DNA of 64,000 nt from NCBI GenBank assembly GCA_032718475.1, contig JAUCBJ010001674.1:1-64000 (forward strand), in the 5' to 3' direction. The position numbers were made by a program, and so were the translations under genes. Each line of letters starts with the position of its first letter. The first letter of the stretch is position 1. Below the pieces are notes generated by a model. The model searched no databases, was not told the DNA's origin, and saw nothing but the letters and a program-made list of their open reading frames with translations. The DNA is from Nemertoderma westbladi. Its lineage: Eukaryota > Animalia > Xenacoelomorpha. Positions 61,501 to 64,000 of the stretch are shown here, in pieces.

Positions 61501-63364
61501 AATTATGAATATTTCGCTCGGGGTCCAGGACCTGAACTGTCTCTGGGGCAGTTCTACGGGGCACAGGTAGCTTAGTGCTATGCAGAGGGAATTTAGAAGT
61601 AGTTTCAGGGAGCACAAGTGTATCTATCACCGAAGGGGTGATTTCAAGAACAGGCCTAATTATTTCAGGCTCATCTACTATAGTAGGGAGTCTTTCTATT
61701 TTAATTATTTGGTCTGTGGGCTCTGTACTACCTAAGTTGGTGTTATTTAGTTGCCTTCTAACAGCTGGAGGCAAATCAGGCAATTTCTGACGGTGGAATG
61801 TTCTTTTACGTCTGCTTAGACGAGATCTATTTCCTTTGCCTTCAGTATCGGTGGTATCGCCTTCCTCAGATGATGTATATCCCTGTCTTTTGGGAGTAGA
61901 TCGATTCATCATCTGCATATTGCTAGCCGTTAACTGTTTATTTATGCAGTCTTGATTCTCTTGAATGTTTTCCAATTCTAATTGGTTGGTTTCTTCGGCC
62001 GCTTTTGCCTCTGCCGCTGCCGCTTTTGCCTCTGCCGCTGCCTCTGCCGCTGCCGCCTTTCTTTCAGCTTCGGCCGCCTTTGCCTCTGCCGCTGCCGCTT
62101 TTGCCTCGGCCGCTGCCTCTGCCGCTGCCGCTTTTCTTTCAGCTTCGGCTACTTTCCTTTCCGCTTCGGCAGCTGCTACTGCTGCTTTCTTTCTGTCTTC
62201 TATACGTTTTTTCTTGACTTGTTCTTCTTGGACTCGTGTGATGCGGAGTTGTTCATCAAATTTAGCCTGGTTCGCAGCCCTCATTTCCACATCGATGGCA
62301 TCCAACACAAGCTTGGTTCCTTCACTATTAGGGCTAAGTCCCTCTAACCTTCTCCTCAACTCGTCATCACCTAAAAAACGTTGATAGTCTGACAGATAGA
62401 TGTCAATGGCATCCCTCTTATGCGGTTTCTCTGCCGTCGCTTCACTTTCCACTTGGGAAAAAGTAGCGTCTGTTGATTCTCCATGGGTTGAGCGCTCCTC
62501 TAGCTGAGCTTTCCACTGAGCTGTTCCTTGAACCTGGAGACTCACCCTTTGAAACCAAGTCTTTACGGCAACTTGCAACGACGTGTCTTGCCTTCGTTTT
62601 GAAGCCTCCTCAAAGGCCGATAATATTAGCCTGATCCGCAAAACTCTTTCTCTAACTTGATAAAGCAGCGATCCCTGCTCTTGAGGTCCTTGAGGTTGTT
62701 GAAAAAGTTGCTTTTCTACTCGCTCCATAGAGCTGAAGAATCCCTGTGCGTATCCGGCTGCGGACCTCTTCCACACAGCTGGATCGATGGTTTCCTTGGC
62801 TACTCCCATCCGGTGTATGTCTTCCCAGGCAGCTTCTGATAAATCAAACGGGAGTCCGGGTCCGGGGAAGTTCCATTGCGACTCGACAATAGACTTCAGT
62901 TCTTCACTCGTGTATCCCGCGTAACTATCTCTAGTTGACCGTCGACTTCTCGCCCAATCGATCTGGTGTTCTTCCACCGCGATCAATAACCCAGCGAGCA
63001 CGGCTGCAGGAAGGATGAGAAGGGGATCCGTATAAACCGCATCCGTCATCTCTGCTCCGCGCTCGGGTGTCAGCTCTACAGTATCCTCACTACTGGAGCT
63101 GCTGGGCCGCTGAGGAATAGGTTCTTGACTAGCGGGTTGTTGCTGTTCCGCTGCTTGTTGGTCCCGCTTGACCTGAGCTCGGGTGCCTATGATAGACCTA
63201 CGATGTTGGACTAGCCTAGGTTCTGTTATTACTACTGGAGGGATGACCTTCCTCACAGTGGGAGGTGAACTGAACTTACGACCAGACGGTTGTACGTCTC
63301 GATCTGAGTTGCAGATGGTTACATCTAATAAACTGTCTGACAGGTTCTGCTTAGTATCAGACAT
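58541..63364 (-). CDS. BEL/Pao Gag-protease polyprotein (1607 aa) with a long N-terminal extension and an RNase H C-terminal remnant
   Basis: KFNGDEMKWLPF..LSNGEKLRYLIECLEGSP..WDTLNIRYGN (DUF1759-like); three zinc knuckles CVLCDGPHRLNAC, CYNCLRRGHQRRTC and CAKCGAKHHILLH; protease ALLDSGS; then QWRYCPKTMNTTDIASRG and YSSWNRL. No RT YVDD or integrase core. Confidence 0.9.
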   Translation of the reverse strand: MSDTKQNLSDSLLDVTICNSDRDVQPSGRKFSSPPTVRKVIPPVVITEPRLVQHRRSIIGTRAQVKRDQQAAEQQQPASQEPIPQRPSSSSSEDTVELTPERGAEMTDAVYTDPLLILPAAVLAGLLIAVEEHQIDWARSRRSTRDSYAGYTSEELKSIVESQWNFPGPGLPFDLSEAAWEDIHRMGVAKETIDPAVWKRSAAGYAQGFFSSMERVEKQLFQQPQGPQEQGSLLYQVRERVLRIRLILSAFEEASKRRQDTSLQVAVKTWFQRVSLQVQGTAQWKAQLEERSTHGESTDATFSQVESEATAEKPHKRDAIDIYLSDYQRFLGDDELRRRLEGLSPNSEGTKLVLDAIDVEMRAANQAKFDEQLRITRVQEEQVKKKRIEDRKKAAVAAAEAERKVAEAERKAAAAEAAAEAKAAAAEAKAAEAERKAAAAEAAAEAKAAAAEAKAAEETNQLELENIQENQDCINKQLTASNMQMMNRSTPKRQGYTSSEEGDTTDTEGKGNRSRLSRRKRTFHRQKLPDLPPAVRRQLNNTNLGSTEPTDQIIKIERLPTIVDEPEIIRPVLEITPSVIDTLVLPETTSKFPLHSTKLPVPRRTAPETVQVLDPERNIHNLSPVVPHPPATTLATPASAVEWVDERRRGMDILLGQMQETVQQFKGTVRESRLELQEVQQSIALERDKLVNTQRGIPPPSVTMCQPVRSEVSHAQGVEPTRIYTASEVETPIVNPIKGNYRPVDSDIPYRPDHNPRNLYTDNSILNSTMAQESFTRQMARTEARQAVKVGEIVKFNGDEMKWLPFNEYYKDNIQNSVLSNGEKLRYLIECLEGSPKLMALKFIGHPDGLRQVWDTLNIRYGNRTNIARYLYAKLMAPRKFLSSGIIEFSDEIQEICRQLDWLGKSHEYQNSMVVGALASTLPKGGVGTRWDKKVLYMMEQQQRDPTMADLMSFLDSEVKLQLIKQSREKTAESKVSEKPVSRRRVTPVCYTDDGESQTSQGEDSGKDTDRSYVNKMPKDQVSKSKSRPNDRREPVQKTPPTSPKRIQVRKPEERTSVHHTAHVKVSNIKPKCVLCDGPHRLNACDKFLRKSLKDRREVMWDKRLCYNCLRRGHQRRTCNSDARCAKCGAKHHILLHTEFERNSPSQVSESELHVQFSDVNDTDQSEMEGFYTDEFSDQNESCYLINTTAVYRAFVYEKDTDSDLTLTTSDQQPSWKAPTSNIGIREFPVVQLRVHGPQKSYIVNALLDSGSTGTFIDKELAEVIFAGQPKFRTKLNMSGIMQVWNSTVAADYYIGELSTPQDELGEHSIRSVKMVAIKNFATTQADLYNWDEDESIQHLNIPRFQTDYPGVQILIGQNAHEALETLEKRPAQPQPLQTYAVRTRVGWYLTGPSRRTLRERLLQDRVCQVSEWEDDNSEGDDPTEGTPHSSDNDNLNSNVDQWRYCPKTMNTTDIASRGATPQELTDTTDRLGEPDFLSKEDEWPPHLTPTEIRPAKGAEKVKPKTRTGGAELFEPGIDLSVVHIARDDAVDLDLPTASGSFMKIRESDWSSGTSDVSQGLSPLLQRATDHYSSWNRLCDAVIYFEQCFYRHYSRTKRKPGIVFRMQ

Positions 63365-64000
63365 GACTAGGTATGTACAGTTGAATGCCTACTGCTATAT
63401 TACAGTCTAAGCAAGTCTAGTAACTCAGTATTAACTGCTAGCCTAGTAATTAATTACCGTTACTGCTACTCAGTGTAGCGTGATATATAATATATTATAA
63501 TAGAATACCGGTATGCTTATAGTATATATAAGTATTATTACAGACTAGGTTTATCTCAGAATACCGGTATAATTTTAGCACAAATATATATAAATATATA
63601 ATAGGCCTATCGGGAATACCGGTATATCAATTATTTTAAAATAACTGAATTTCTGAATTTCAAGGGTTACTTGGTTACTTTACTTACTTTATTACCGTTA
63701 TTTGAGCAGTAATCCAACTGATATTGAGACCTAATGGTTGTATGGTAGGCCTACGATTTATAAATCGTTAGATTTGATTTATAATATATATATACCCGTT
63801 TAATGGGTTTTGTCAATGTTGAAATAAATGTTATTATTTCTGGGGTAATCACTACACAAAGCGGTACGCTTTCAGTGAAGTGTTACTTATAGGACACTAA
63901 AACAAATAATTCTAATTTACCTAAGTTACTTAATACTACAAATTACGTACAATTCGGGTGAGATTACAATCTCTAAATAAACACAAAAATTTACAAAAAC

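Larger units (their letters stand above)
52852..64000 (-). mobile_element. BEL/Pao LTR retrotransposon, non-autonomous (RT and integrase deleted), extending beyond the window
   Basis: Gag-protease ORF, pol C-terminal remnant LNHPVGRLCLPE right after the ORF stop, long 3' region, PPT and LTR. Confidence 0.75.

Overview
Repeat-rich eukaryotic (animal, probably invertebrate) genomic DNA. Only two host genes can be supported. One is an intronless type II membrane fibrinogen-domain gene (13372-14424, +). The other is the last three coding exons of DLST, the 2-oxoglutarate dehydrogenase E2 (40440-46830, -), whose upstream exons lie beyond the right edge. The rest is nested transposons and satellites. 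On the left, a degenerate BEL/Pao LTR element is split by an RTE-X-like LINE, itself hit by four Helitron/Helentron-type non-autonomous elements, three of them nested inside one another. Kolobok-like and piggyBac MITEs follow. A 22.6 kb 21-bp satellite ends just before an IS3EU-like terminus. DLST introns hold a 19-bp satellite, another Helentron-type copy and a 39-bp satellite. An L2 LINE sits at the end of the 39-bp array and is interrupted by a BEL/Pao element with an intact 1607-aa Gag-protease ORF lacking RT and integrase; a hAT MITE lies inside that element. The most striking observation is that the 39-bp monomer is a copy of the DLST exon/intron junction itself (codons for PIVNA plus a GTTAGT donor), amplified about 95 times with an in-frame stop in each unit. 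All family assignments come from recognised motifs, not database searches.
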